From: a virus
Strand: one strand, 5' to 3'
Virus record (IMG/VR): IMGVR_UViG_3300017971_004694
DNA length: 64,000 nucleotides
The notes beneath the pieces were generated by a model that had not been told where the DNA came from, made no database searches, and saw only the letters and a program-made list of their open reading frames with translations. Shown here piece after piece: positions 10,373-19,408 of the stretch (the stretch's first letter is position 1; each line of letters starts with the position of its first letter). Position numbers and translations under genes: made by a program.

Positions 10373-10392
10373 TAATACTGATAAATTGATAG
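10373..10392 (-). promoter_or_regulatory. Putative phage promoter CTATCAAT-N8-AT
   Basis: Minus strand CTATCAAT TTATCAGT ATTA ATG fills the 21-nt gap between sbcC and the kinase gene. Confidence 0.55.
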
Positions 10393-10393
10393 T

Positions 10394-12511
10394 TTATCTC
10401 AACACACTACCAGATGGCCCCATGTGGACCGTTATTACATGCTCGAACTTTTCTTTCATATATTCATTATGGGTAATTACTAATATCTTGAATTCATTAG
10501 ACAATTTGGCGATGGCCTCAGCAAGTGCCTCAAGGCCATGTCGATCAAGAGCTTGATCCACCTCATCAAAAAGTAGGAACCTCACATTGCTTCCAACACG
10601 GCGCATCAATAATTGGCTCAGAGCCAGCCTAATAGCTATGGAAATTCTGACCTGTTCCCCACCACTAACATCCTCAAAGTCATACTTCTCACCGTCCATA
10701 TCTATAACAATATCAAAGTCTTCCTTCCAAGAGCCCGTCCCGGTCTGTCTCTGGGTTACAAAATCAATCGAGATGGGTCTGTAGTATATGTTCCTAAGAA
10801 TCGAATTGGCGAATTGCCTCAAGTCTTCGGTAATGTTCTCCAAGATAATGGCCTGAATTCCATCTTTGCCGAAAGCCTTGGTAAGCTTAGAATACACAGC
10901 CATGTTCGCTGAAACAACCTCAAGCTCTCCCTCAATCGTCTCCTTTTCTGATTGTCTCCTCTCTAATCTACTTCCATATCCTTTGATATTTCCCTGTTCG
11001 ATACTCAGCCTTATCAGCTCCTCGCGCAGCTCAGGCAAACTAACACTGGGATCGTCGTCTTCAGCCCCACCCAAGTGCATTTGTATGATTTTTGCACGCT
11101 CATTTAGATCTGACCACTCTTTTGCAATAATAGCAAAATCTCTTTGGGCTGCCTCATTGCTTCTAGTAAGCTCCGAGATTGTTCCCATATGCTTGGAAAT
11201 AATAAGCCCAGTTCTCTCTATCTCCACAAGCGCACTATTAGCTTTTTCTACAACACTTTTCTCTCTGTTAATTTCCCTTTCAAGCTCACGAGCTTTGATT
11301 TTTTCTTCTTTTATGCACCCTTCTAGGAACTTCTTCTTGGCCTTGCGCCTTTTTGCAACGCCCTTTGGATTCTCCATTTCGGTCAAACAAACTGGGCACT
11401 CTGTTCCAGGCTCAAGAGAGGTTAGTCTTGCTAGGTCTATCTCATACTGGCTTATTTTCCTGTCGCGTTCATTCTTTTCTCTAACCTTTTCTTCCAGAGC
11501 CACAACATCACAGCTCCACCGTGGAGCGTTCTTGCCCGTCTTCTGCTTGTATAGGCTCCTTATCTTACTACTATCTTCATGCGGAACAGCTAAGGCTTCT
11601 AAATAGTAAGCCACAAGCTTATCTTCTAAGCTACTACAATCATTATGAGCAATAGCTATTCCTGAGTTGTTAGATTTCACTCTTTCTTTAAGAGTATTTC
11701 TTTGTTCTAATATCTCCTCACTTCTTTTCTTAATTTGATGGAGTTCGCCGGCAAGTTGTTTTTTACTACCAAGAGGACCAGAACAATTCGCCAGATTTTT
11801 TTCTAACTTTTCTATTTCATTTTTGACTCTGGAAACTTGCTCTTCGCTATTTCTCAGCTTCTTTGTATTTTCAGCTATTTCCTCTTCCACATTTTTAAGT
11901 GGATCCAGCCTGTCGTCCAGAATCTTTTTCTTTTCTTCTAATTTCTTCTCGGCGCCTTTAGAAATCTTTTGAAATTCGTCCCAAATGCCTATCTGTAAAG
12001 CTTCCTTCAGTATCTCCTTGCGCTTACTTACTCGGGCATAGGCAAAACCAGACAAATCGTTCTGCCTGAAATACACGATGTTGACGAAAGTATCATCATT
12101 CATGCCCACCGTTTCTATAATCTTTCTGTTTGTAGCACTGGGAGTGTCACAAGTATAGCCCTCTGGCTTGTATTCATCTCCAACCTTTTTAGTGAAATCC
12201 AGCGTGATGATGCCGCTCTTCGCATTCAAGGTTCTAATTATTTTGTATTCTTCATCGTCAACAGAGAATATAAGTTCCACTTTGCAAGAGGGCTTGCCCC
12301 TCTTTACCACTTTGCTCTTGGTACTATACTTACACTTACCATACAGAGCAAATCGTATGGCCTCCATAATAGAACTTTTGCCTACACCGTTCGCTATATC
12401 CGAGTTACCTTCGAAAGAACCCACCACAAGTGCAGAGTTAAATACTGTGAAGTCCAACACAGAATAAATATGAGACACGAAGTTCTCAAGAGTTAGTTTG
12501 ATGGGAATCAT
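10394..12511 (-). CDS. sbcC: SbcC/Rad50 SMC-type ATPase
   Basis: Walker A NGVGKSS, Q-loop YFRQND, zinc hook CPVC, signature SGGEQ, Walker B LLFDEVDQALD, H-loop ITH. Confidence 0.95.
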   Translation of the reverse strand: MIPIKLTLENFVSHIYSVLDFTVFNSALVVGSFEGNSDIANGVGKSSIMEAIRFALYGKCKYSTKSKVVKRGKPSCKVELIFSVDDEEYKIIRTLNAKSGIITLDFTKKVGDEYKPEGYTCDTPSATNRKIIETVGMNDDTFVNIVYFRQNDLSGFAYARVSKRKEILKEALQIGIWDEFQKISKGAEKKLEEKKKILDDRLDPLKNVEEEIAENTKKLRNSEEQVSRVKNEIEKLEKNLANCSGPLGSKKQLAGELHQIKKRSEEILEQRNTLKERVKSNNSGIAIAHNDCSSLEDKLVAYYLEALAVPHEDSSKIRSLYKQKTGKNAPRWSCDVVALEEKVREKNERDRKISQYEIDLARLTSLEPGTECPVCLTEMENPKGVAKRRKAKKKFLEGCIKEEKIKARELEREINREKSVVEKANSALVEIERTGLIISKHMGTISELTRSNEAAQRDFAIIAKEWSDLNERAKIIQMHLGGAEDDDPSVSLPELREELIRLSIEQGNIKGYGSRLERRQSEKETIEGELEVVSANMAVYSKLTKAFGKDGIQAIILENITEDLRQFANSILRNIYYRPISIDFVTQRQTGTGSWKEDFDIVIDMDGEKYDFEDVSGGEQVRISIAIRLALSQLLMRRVGSNVRFLLFDEVDQALDRHGLEALAEAIAKLSNEFKILVITHNEYMKEKFEHVITVHMGPSGSVLR

Positions 12512-13713
12512 TATTTTCTCCTGTCTCTGATTATTCTCGTCCCCACTTCTTTCATCCGCTCTTTTATAGCCAGATCTTCTTCTAACTCAAGAAACTCGTT
12601 GAAAGCTGCCTCAAGATCAAGGCTTTCTGTAATGCTAGATCTTCTAAGCTGTCTTTTGGAAATAACTTGTGGGTATATTCCAACACAATGATGAACCAGA
12701 AGCTTTTTCTTTATGAAGCGTCGTATACTATCCCTGCTGAAGTCAAAAATCGACTTCTCGTTCATTACTACAGTTATTCTAACTATACTACCAATCATAT
12801 TATTATCACTAGAGAAATCCTCAAGATATTCTTTTGTTGACTGAGTGGCCTCTTTGCCGCCATCTACCGAGGTCTGATCTACGATTATATCATATATGGG
12901 GCGCGATGGGAGTTTTTCAAAGTTGAAAAGCAGCTTGTCTTTGGTATACTCTATCATTAACAGATACTTATCGTATCTGCCCTCCCCGAAATCACGAGCT
13001 TCCATTTGTCCCACATAGGCAATTAGTGGATCTTTCTTGATAATCTGGTGCGGATGAACGTGGCCCATAATGGCTGCCTGTAGATCATCAAACATAGCAC
13101 AAGGTAAAACTACCTCTCCAGACTCTCCTTCAAGCACGGTACCTCCCAACTTAGTTTCCTGAAGCATCATGTGGCCTATTAGAATAGAAGGGTATTGTTT
13201 GGGAAGCCCCCTAAGCTCATATTGCAGACGGTCATTAAGACGAGCCACCGCCTCGTCATTTGAGGCACAATCAAGCATCTGTCTCGTTCTAAATGGAAAG
13301 AATATCAGATTAATTCTCTCCTCTGTGTCATCGCTACAACTCAAGCTTCCTATGTCTGGATATACATGAACCATTGGGAGCTTCAACGAGCGAAGAACAT
13401 CAATCGTGGTTGTCTTTTGCTCCCTGATAATATCATGGTTGCCCACCAAAATATGAGTATGAATCCCAAGTTCGGTGAGCCTACGCATCTTCTTAGAGAA
13501 CAGGCTAAGTTCTGAAGCTGCTGGGCGGCGGTGCTCGAAAATATCCCCGGTAATTACGAAATGTTTCACATGGTTGTTCACCATATAGTCCACAGAGAAA
13601 TCAAATGTGTTCGAGAAATCGAGAAGTCTCGTATTTAAGTGGGTTCGCGCATCAGTTTTGCCTAGGGAATAGCCGCCGCCAAAGTGAGTATCGCCAAGAA
13701 CTACTATTTTCAT
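12511..13713 (-). CDS. sbcD: SbcD/Mre11 nuclease
   Basis: GDTH, TGDIF, GNHD, GHVH metallophosphoesterase motifs; adjacent to sbcC. Confidence 0.95.
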   Translation of the reverse strand: MKIVVLGDTHFGGGYSLGKTDARTHLNTRLLDFSNTFDFSVDYMVNNHVKHFVITGDIFEHRRPAASELSLFSKKMRRLTELGIHTHILVGNHDIIREQKTTTIDVLRSLKLPMVHVYPDIGSLSCSDDTEERINLIFFPFRTRQMLDCASNDEAVARLNDRLQYELRGLPKQYPSILIGHMMLQETKLGGTVLEGESGEVVLPCAMFDDLQAAIMGHVHPHQIIKKDPLIAYVGQMEARDFGEGRYDKYLLMIEYTKDKLLFNFEKLPSRPIYDIIVDQTSVDGGKEATQSTKEYLEDFSSDNNMIGSIVRITVVMNEKSIFDFSRDSIRRFIKKKLLVHHCVGIYPQVISKRQLRRSSITESLDLEAAFNEFLELEEDLAIKERMKEVGTRIIRDRRK

Positions 13714-14348
13714 TATTCTCCTTTACTACGAATCCTGTTTTTAACGCTTTTTTTAACCTTCTCGCAAAGCTCCTGCGCATATTCCCAGTCTTCATAACCA
13801 ATGTTGGTCAAGAATCCATCAACTTTGGTTGCGACCTTCTCCATCCACTTCAGTTCTTTATCAAAACTTTCAGTGCCTATAAATCTTCTCATATAGTTGC
13901 GCAGGACATCACTTATCTCAAACAAGAAAGGTTCAATATTCTTAACTGGTTCGGGAGTGGGAATAGAATCTAACTGAAGCTCATCCCAATTTCCGTCTTT
14001 GTCTATAATGCCGGCTCTCTTAGCCAGCTTGGTAAGTGCTATATGATCTGGAACGCCCTCCATATGCTGAACAAAATCTATGGGAGTTCCAGATTGTAAA
14101 CACCCGAAACAAAAAAATGAGTTTGTTGTCCTAGAGACAAAAAGTGAGGGCGTTCTTTCTCTTGTTCCAGGACCCTTGCCAGAATGAAAAGGGCAATAAG
14201 TTCTATGAGTAAACTGGCCTGTAGGCTTGGGTTCCAATACCAGCCCAGCTTCTCGCATTAAATCAACTATATTGATCTTAGCAAATACTGCGCTGCGAAA
14301 CTTCCATATCTTTCCTGGGTTTTCTAACCACTCCATAGTTTTCTCCAC
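13713..14348 (-). CDS. Stand-alone CHC2 zinc-finger protein (DnaG primase zinc-binding domain-like)
   Basis: CPFH...ERTPSLFV...FFCFGC...PIDFVQHMEGV; no TOPRIM domain. Confidence 0.85.
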   Translation of the reverse strand: MEKTMEWLENPGKIWKFRSAVFAKINIVDLMREAGLVLEPKPTGQFTHRTYCPFHSGKGPGTRERTPSLFVSRTTNSFFCFGCLQSGTPIDFVQHMEGVPDHIALTKLAKRAGIIDKDGNWDELQLDSIPTPEPVKNIEPFLFEISDVLRNYMRRFIGTESFDKELKWMEKVATKVDGFLTNIGYEDWEYAQELCEKVKKSVKNRIRSKGE

Positions 14349-15376
14349 CAGCGTGTTCGCCCATTAACATTAGCAACAATATCATCTTCTTCGATCAGAG
14401 CACCCTTAAACCGCTTAAAGCTGTGCTCCGCACAATCTATAATAGCATCGCCCTTTCCAACTAGGTTCTCAGCACCGTTCCTATCAAGTATTATCCTACT
14501 ATTAACAGATTCACTCACTTTGCAGCTGATTTTTGCTGGAAAGTTTGCCTTGATAGAGCCGGTAATGATATCAACCGACGGACGCTGAGTGGCCACAACG
14601 AGATGAATTCCACAAGCTCTTGATTTCTGGGCTAAAGCACAGATTAGTTCTTGCGATTCTTTCTTGGAGATCATCATTAGATCCGCAAGCTCGTCAATAA
14701 CTACAACTATATAGGGCATTTTACGGTTATATTCACTAATCTTGCGAACGCCAGCTTTTTCAAGCCTGGCGAACCTTGAATCCATCTCTTTCACTAAAGC
14801 TTCCAACAGCTTGAGCGAACTCTCTGTATCCTTAGCTATTGGGCCAAACAGATTGTTAAGACCATGATAATAAGAAAACTCCACTCTCTTGGGGTCTATA
14901 AGAGCGATGAGGAGCTGTGAGTTCCCCATGAGCAGGCTATTTATTACACATTGAAGCATTACAGACTTACCTGAGCCTGTAGCCCCTCCTATGAGCAGGT
15001 GGGGCATCTCTGTGAGGTCTGCTACAAGCGGTTCCCCTTTGCGTAGCTTTCCTAGAACCAAGGGGAGTTTAGCATTGCTTTCCAGAAATTCTTTGCTACT
15101 CACCACATCCTTGAAGGGCACAGACTTCTGCTCCTCAATCATAACCTCCATGCGGATGATGCCTTCCTTGGTAATAGGATAGATCAATGGATCGGAGAGA
15201 GCCGTTAGAGCAAGAGCTATTTCAACCGAGCGGCTCTCTAGTTGTTTATATGTTCCGCCATCTGTTAGTGATATATCAAAAATTAGGAAGGAGTCTTCTT
15301 TCTTACATGACTTTACGTTTGCTTTAAGCTTTAACTTAGTGAATAGGTTTTCTAGAGTTTTAATGGCCTCGTCCAT
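14324..15376 (-). CDS. FtsK/SpoIIIE-family ATPase without membrane or gamma domains
   Basis: MPHLLIGGATGSGKS, IDPKRVE, VIDELADLM, GIHLVVATQRPS, GAENLVGKGD. Confidence 0.92.
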   Translation of the reverse strand: MDEAIKTLENLFTKLKLKANVKSCKKEDSFLIFDISLTDGGTYKQLESRSVEIALALTALSDPLIYPITKEGIIRMEVMIEEQKSVPFKDVVSSKEFLESNAKLPLVLGKLRKGEPLVADLTEMPHLLIGGATGSGKSVMLQCVINSLLMGNSQLLIALIDPKRVEFSYYHGLNNLFGPIAKDTESSLKLLEALVKEMDSRFARLEKAGVRKISEYNRKMPYIVVVIDELADLMMISKKESQELICALAQKSRACGIHLVVATQRPSVDIITGSIKANFPAKISCKVSESVNSRIILDRNGAENLVGKGDAIIDCAEHSFKRFKGALIEEDDIVANVNGRTRWWRKLWSG

Positions 15377-15588
15377 TACTTCCTTTCTTGAGAGTCAAGT
15401 TCCTTTTTAATTCTCTCACACAAGTCAATCAAAAGGCCGTATGTATGTTTAGCACCTGGGTCGTCTTCACCATGAAATTTTCTGTGCAGCTTCTGGTAAT
15501 CTGCATGTTGTTCATCAAGCTCAGTTAATATGCGACCAATAACTTCCTCATATTTCTTAGGAGACATCTTCTTTCTTCTCCAGATCAT
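15376..15588 (-). CDS. Small hypothetical protein
   Basis: 70 aa, overlaps neighbouring starts and stops; true start may be the second Met. Confidence 0.6.
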   Translation of the reverse strand: MIWRRKKMSPKKYEEVIGRILTELDEQHADYQKLHRKFHGEDDPGAKHTYGLLIDLCERIKKELDSQERK

Positions 15589-16042
15589 TAACCTTCTCTT
15601 CTAATTGGTGGATTTTGTAAGCCAGATGATTGCCCGCATATCTCACAGATAGGGCAACTCGAACGGCAAAGATACAAACAGCTAAAGATCCTTCACCTCT
15701 GCTAAACCTATCTATTTCACCAGCCGCACTAACCATACGAGAAATTACATCTTGCTCGTTGGTCTTTTCTTTTACAGAGCGATTCTCAGGCAGTTTGCCA
15801 TCCTTCATTAGCTCATTAAACTCACGCATAGACGACATAAGGTCTTGTCTAAGCTCGTTCAGCCTCATCACAATCTTGCTGGCATCCTCAGTTGGGGGAG
15901 GAAGCTCCTGGCCTGGCCTATCTTTGGCCGCGCCCGTTTGAACCTCAGGAGGCCTTCTTTCTTCGGGCGGCTTTCTTGGTTTGTTTTTTAGCTTTACGGC
16001 CCCCTTTGCTGGCCTTATTTCTTCCAGTTTCTTTTCCGGCAT
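15557..16042 (-). CDS. Hypothetical protein
   Basis: 161 aa ORF in the operon run. Confidence 0.7.
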   Translation of the reverse strand: MPEKKLEEIRPAKGAVKLKNKPRKPPEERRPPEVQTGAAKDRPGQELPPPTEDASKIVMRLNELRQDLMSSMREFNELMKDGKLPENRSVKEKTNEQDVISRMVSAAGEIDRFSRGEGSLAVCIFAVRVALSVRYAGNHLAYKIHQLEEKVNDLEKKEDVS

Positions 16043-16613
16043 TTTTTATTATCTCCTCTATTATTGGTGTATATTTGTTCATCTTCGAACACTTCTCGCA
16101 CTGCGAGCCAAGAGAAAACCCATCTTCTTCGCTAAAAACTCTGTAAATACAGCATATGTTACTAACAAAGTGTTGGAGTGCTCCACAGAAAAAGAAATCT
16201 GGCTCGACTTGTTCTTTCAATGTTTCTACATGTTCCTTCTTGAAAGCCTCTCTAATCTTATCCATTTTGGTCTTCGCTTTCTCAAACTTCTTCTTTTCTT
16301 CTTTTTTGAGCGCCCTCTCTATTTTTTTCTTCTCTTTCTCTATCTTCTTTTTCTCTCGTTCTTTCTTCTTCTCTAGTTTTTCGCGCTCTAATTGGTTCTT
16401 TTTCCTAGTGGCCCATCTGAGCCACTTGGTTTCGGTTTTCGCCATTTTGCGCATTATGCTAAGAGCAGCAAGGGAGGGAACTTTGGGAAGTCTTTCCTCA
16501 ATTAGGGCAAGCCTTTCCTTAGTGTTTTCTGCATCTTTCCAGCACTCATAAAGAACATCCAATTGCTTCTTTGTCAGCGCCTTTGTTTTTTTCTTTTTCT
16601 TCCTTTTAGCCAT
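15945..16613 (-). CDS. Hypothetical K/E-rich protein with a Cys cluster
   Basis: 222 aa; FFCG...CCIYR...CEKC. Confidence 0.7.
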   Translation of the reverse strand: MAKRKKKKKTKALTKKQLDVLYECWKDAENTKERLALIEERLPKVPSLAALSIMRKMAKTETKWLRWATRKKNQLEREKLEKKKEREKKKIEKEKKKIERALKKEEKKKFEKAKTKMDKIREAFKKEHVETLKEQVEPDFFFCGALQHFVSNICCIYRVFSEEDGFSLGSQCEKCSKMNKYTPIIEEIIKNAGKETGRNKASKGGRKAKKQTKKAARRKKAS

Positions 16614-17057
16614 TTATATATCTTCTTTTCGAAGCTCTTCGTTAATTGCTTTCACAGTATCCCACAATAGACTATTATCATGGTCGGCGTCCCAATCATC
16701 AAGTAGCTTTCCACCTATTACATGAGCGATCTCATGAGTAAAAGCGCTGCGGTATATTTTTCCTCGCCAAGCCACTTTGCAAGTGAGACCAACGACAAGC
16801 CCGCTATACACCTGGCCGCTGTGTGAAACAACCGTGTTCAACTTCCCGGTGCTCGGACTGGGCGCAATGTCGTTCCACCATTCCACCGTAATTTTGCTGA
16901 TCGTAGCCTTTATATCTTCTAACTTAAGTTTCTCAGCGAATTTGTCAACTAAAATCTTCAAAGCCTGATCATGAACCGCATCCGGCGGAAGGCCGGGAAT
17001 TTTACGCCGGTCGATCTTACATCCCTGAGAAGTCTTGGGCTTTCTGGAAAAGCACAT
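16614..17057 (-). CDS. Hypothetical protein with HExxH metallopeptidase motif
   Basis: AFTHEIAH...WDADHD. Confidence 0.6.
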   Translation of the reverse strand: MCFSRKPKTSQGCKIDRRKIPGLPPDAVHDQALKILVDKFAEKLKLEDIKATISKITVEWWNDIAPSPSTGKLNTVVSHSGQVYSGLVVGLTCKVAWRGKIYRSAFTHEIAHVIGGKLLDDWDADHDNSLLWDTVKAINEELRKEDI

Positions 17058-17058
17058 G

Positions 17059-17541
17059 TTACCTCACTGATTTTATTGAACAACTCACTGTCTCGTTGTC
17101 TGGAACCATCCTTGCAAAGCCATAAACCATGAAAGTTCTGTCGCTTCTGGCCTTGACTATTCTTTCTAGCTCGCCAAACACATGAGCCTCAGGATCCTGA
17201 TACTCTACATTGACATTAGTTCCACTGCTCAGTTTTAGATTTAATGACTTTTGAGGAGAGAAATCACATCTAACTCGAACTCGAACATCCGTGTATTTCT
17301 TATTAACTACCCTAACAGTAATGGATCTCAGGCTAGAGCGTGGCCCAAACATGACGCCCACTGGATAGTTATTTGCCCATGTGTAATCTGGATCGATATA
17401 AACATCTGGGGCTTTACTATGATTGAAACTAGACTTCGTTGTTGCACAGGAACCCGCAAATGCTAGTGCAAGTATCATACTTAAAACTACGAACAATTTT
17501 CTCATCTTTTCTCCTTTCGGGTTAAAGGCGCAGAGCGCCAA
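17059..17541 (-). CDS. Putative lipoprotein
   Basis: MRKLFVVLSMILALAFAGSC signal and lipobox from the second Met. Confidence 0.65.
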   Translation of the reverse strand: MALCAFNPKGEKMRKLFVVLSMILALAFAGSCATTKSSFNHSKAPDVYIDPDYTWANNYPVGVMFGPRSSLRSITVRVVNKKYTDVRVRVRCDFSPQKSLNLKLSSGTNVNVEYQDPEAHVFGELERIVKARSDRTFMVYGFARMVPDNETVSCSIKSVR

Positions 17542-17552
17542 ATTACATACAC

Positions 17553-19373
17553 TTATGGTCTATATACTTTAATTCTTCTATATAATATGCGCAAAGTTGT
17601 ATTATCGAGGCCATTTGTAGTTATACCTATGCCACATTTTCCAGTGCTATGTGACGTGTCTACTATCATTCGGAAATCACCTGAAGATGCTCCCTGTGCA
17701 TTATAACCTAGGATTTGTCCCTCTGCTCTAATACGTCCTACACCGCCACGACCTACACTGTCTGCTGGGCCAGGATTGCTTAAAATATCGCTATAAGATT
17801 CAGATCCAACGCATTTTGTTAAATCAAAGTCGGTCCCAGAACCAACATAACGCGCAAGATAAACATTGTCTGTTCCAGATGCGCGACAAAAAACGAATGG
17901 CCCGTGTGTCCCAGCTCCTATACTTACTGTCATCCAATCCGTTTCAACAATCACATCTTCGATATCAGGTAAATCAAATGGCAAATAAATAGCTTGTTGA
18001 GCGCCTGTACCAGTTCCAACGGCCAGTGTAATATCAATCCAAGAAAGCCCGTAAAGATTAGAAACTGTAATTGCGCTACTTCCAACATTAACAATACTGC
18101 CAACCCAACCATTGGCATCCAAGTCGGGCAAATATCCATCGTATAGAAATTGACTAAGATCGGTGCCATTCCATTCGGTTATTAAAGTTGGGCCTCCTGG
18201 CATAACTGAGCCCTTGACAGTCATCTGAGTGGCGAACCCATAATCATCCATATAATGTAATTCAGTATAACCATCCACTTTTTGTGCATACAGGGCACCA
18301 TAGCCCTCTTCATAAGGTGGATCTGATACTTTTTCGGGGAGAGGTAGATATCCATCTACTAATCCGGAACCACCAGATATTTCAATGTCTGCCGTGCCAT
18401 TGTTATCAGTTACAGCAACCCCAGAACCAAAAAAGTTAAACGCTTGTGGCTGGCCTATTAAATTATAGCCGTCATCTTGGATAGGGACCAGACCGCCACG
18501 AAAGCGAATCACTTTTAACTTTGTGCCCGATGGCACTGCAGCACTATTACTGCTAACTTTAATTTGAATTTTTATGTTCTTCGTTCCTGCCGTAAGCTTT
18601 GGTGTAATCACGGGGCCAAAAGAGCCAGCACCAAGAGATTCATAACCACTACTTTCACCAATTACGTCACTAGAAGGTATTAGAACCCCGCCTACATTAT
18701 ACTGCACATCAACTCTATTTGCCCCACCACTTCTGGTCAATCTGCCTTCTAGAAATATCATAATTTGTTCATTGTTAAAAACATCAACATTAAGAGACAG
18801 AGCATCACCGCCACCATTATCAACATCTACAAATGATGTTGATGAGGTATTAAATTGGGCTAAAAGTTCTACGGAATCCACCAGTATCCCGCCGGCTCCA
18901 GAGCCAGTGACAGCAGTAAGCATTAAGACTGGAGGATGATCTTGCGATGCTGTAACCTGAAAAGAAGTTCCGGCTAGAAGTTTCCCGTATGCCTTAACAG
19001 TATGGCTACCTGCAGAAAGCTCTACAACGTCGCGAAAAACCGGCTCTGTATAATTTCCGGTTGTGGGGCGTGTTTGCCACTGCTCGTTATAACCAATTGT
19101 TTGTTCGTTAGCCTCTCCTTCATCAAATACCAGTTTAATTTGGCCAGAAGAATTAGCACTTGGAGCGATTAATTCCCCGCTGAATTGGATAGAGTATAGG
19201 CCGCTAACTTTTGCAGTAAAAGATAGAGAGCCGCTTTCCGGCATAATTTGATAGTCGGTGCCAAGTGGAGTAGTAACTACAAGATTGCTAGAAGGAACTC
19301 CATCAGACAATACGATTACATCGCCTGGCGCAGAAAATATTGCATCGCCTAGCTGATCAATTTTAATGGTCAT
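17553..19373 (-). CDS. Repeat-module virion-like protein 4 (putative fibre/adhesin)
   Basis: 606 aa beta-rich; first 17 aa identical to the upstream paralog (MTIKIDQLGDAIFSAPG); shared RFRGGLVPIQDDGY and ELHYMDDYG modules. Confidence 0.6.
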   Translation of the reverse strand: MTIKIDQLGDAIFSAPGDVIVLSDGVPSSNLVVTTPLGTDYQIMPESGSLSFTAKVSGLYSIQFSGELIAPSANSSGQIKLVFDEGEANEQTIGYNEQWQTRPTTGNYTEPVFRDVVELSAGSHTVKAYGKLLAGTSFQVTASQDHPPVLMLTAVTGSGAGGILVDSVELLAQFNTSSTSFVDVDNGGGDALSLNVDVFNNEQIMIFLEGRLTRSGGANRVDVQYNVGGVLIPSSDVIGESSGYESLGAGSFGPVITPKLTAGTKNIKIQIKVSSNSAAVPSGTKLKVIRFRGGLVPIQDDGYNLIGQPQAFNFFGSGVAVTDNNGTADIEISGGSGLVDGYLPLPEKVSDPPYEEGYGALYAQKVDGYTELHYMDDYGFATQMTVKGSVMPGGPTLITEWNGTDLSQFLYDGYLPDLDANGWVGSIVNVGSSAITVSNLYGLSWIDITLAVGTGTGAQQAIYLPFDLPDIEDVIVETDWMTVSIGAGTHGPFVFCRASGTDNVYLARYVGSGTDFDLTKCVGSESYSDILSNPGPADSVGRGGVGRIRAEGQILGYNAQGASSGDFRMIVDTSHSTGKCGIGITTNGLDNTTLRILYRRIKVYRP

Positions 19374-19408
19374 ATGTTATGAAAACCTCTATTAAAAAAT
19401 CTCCTTTC

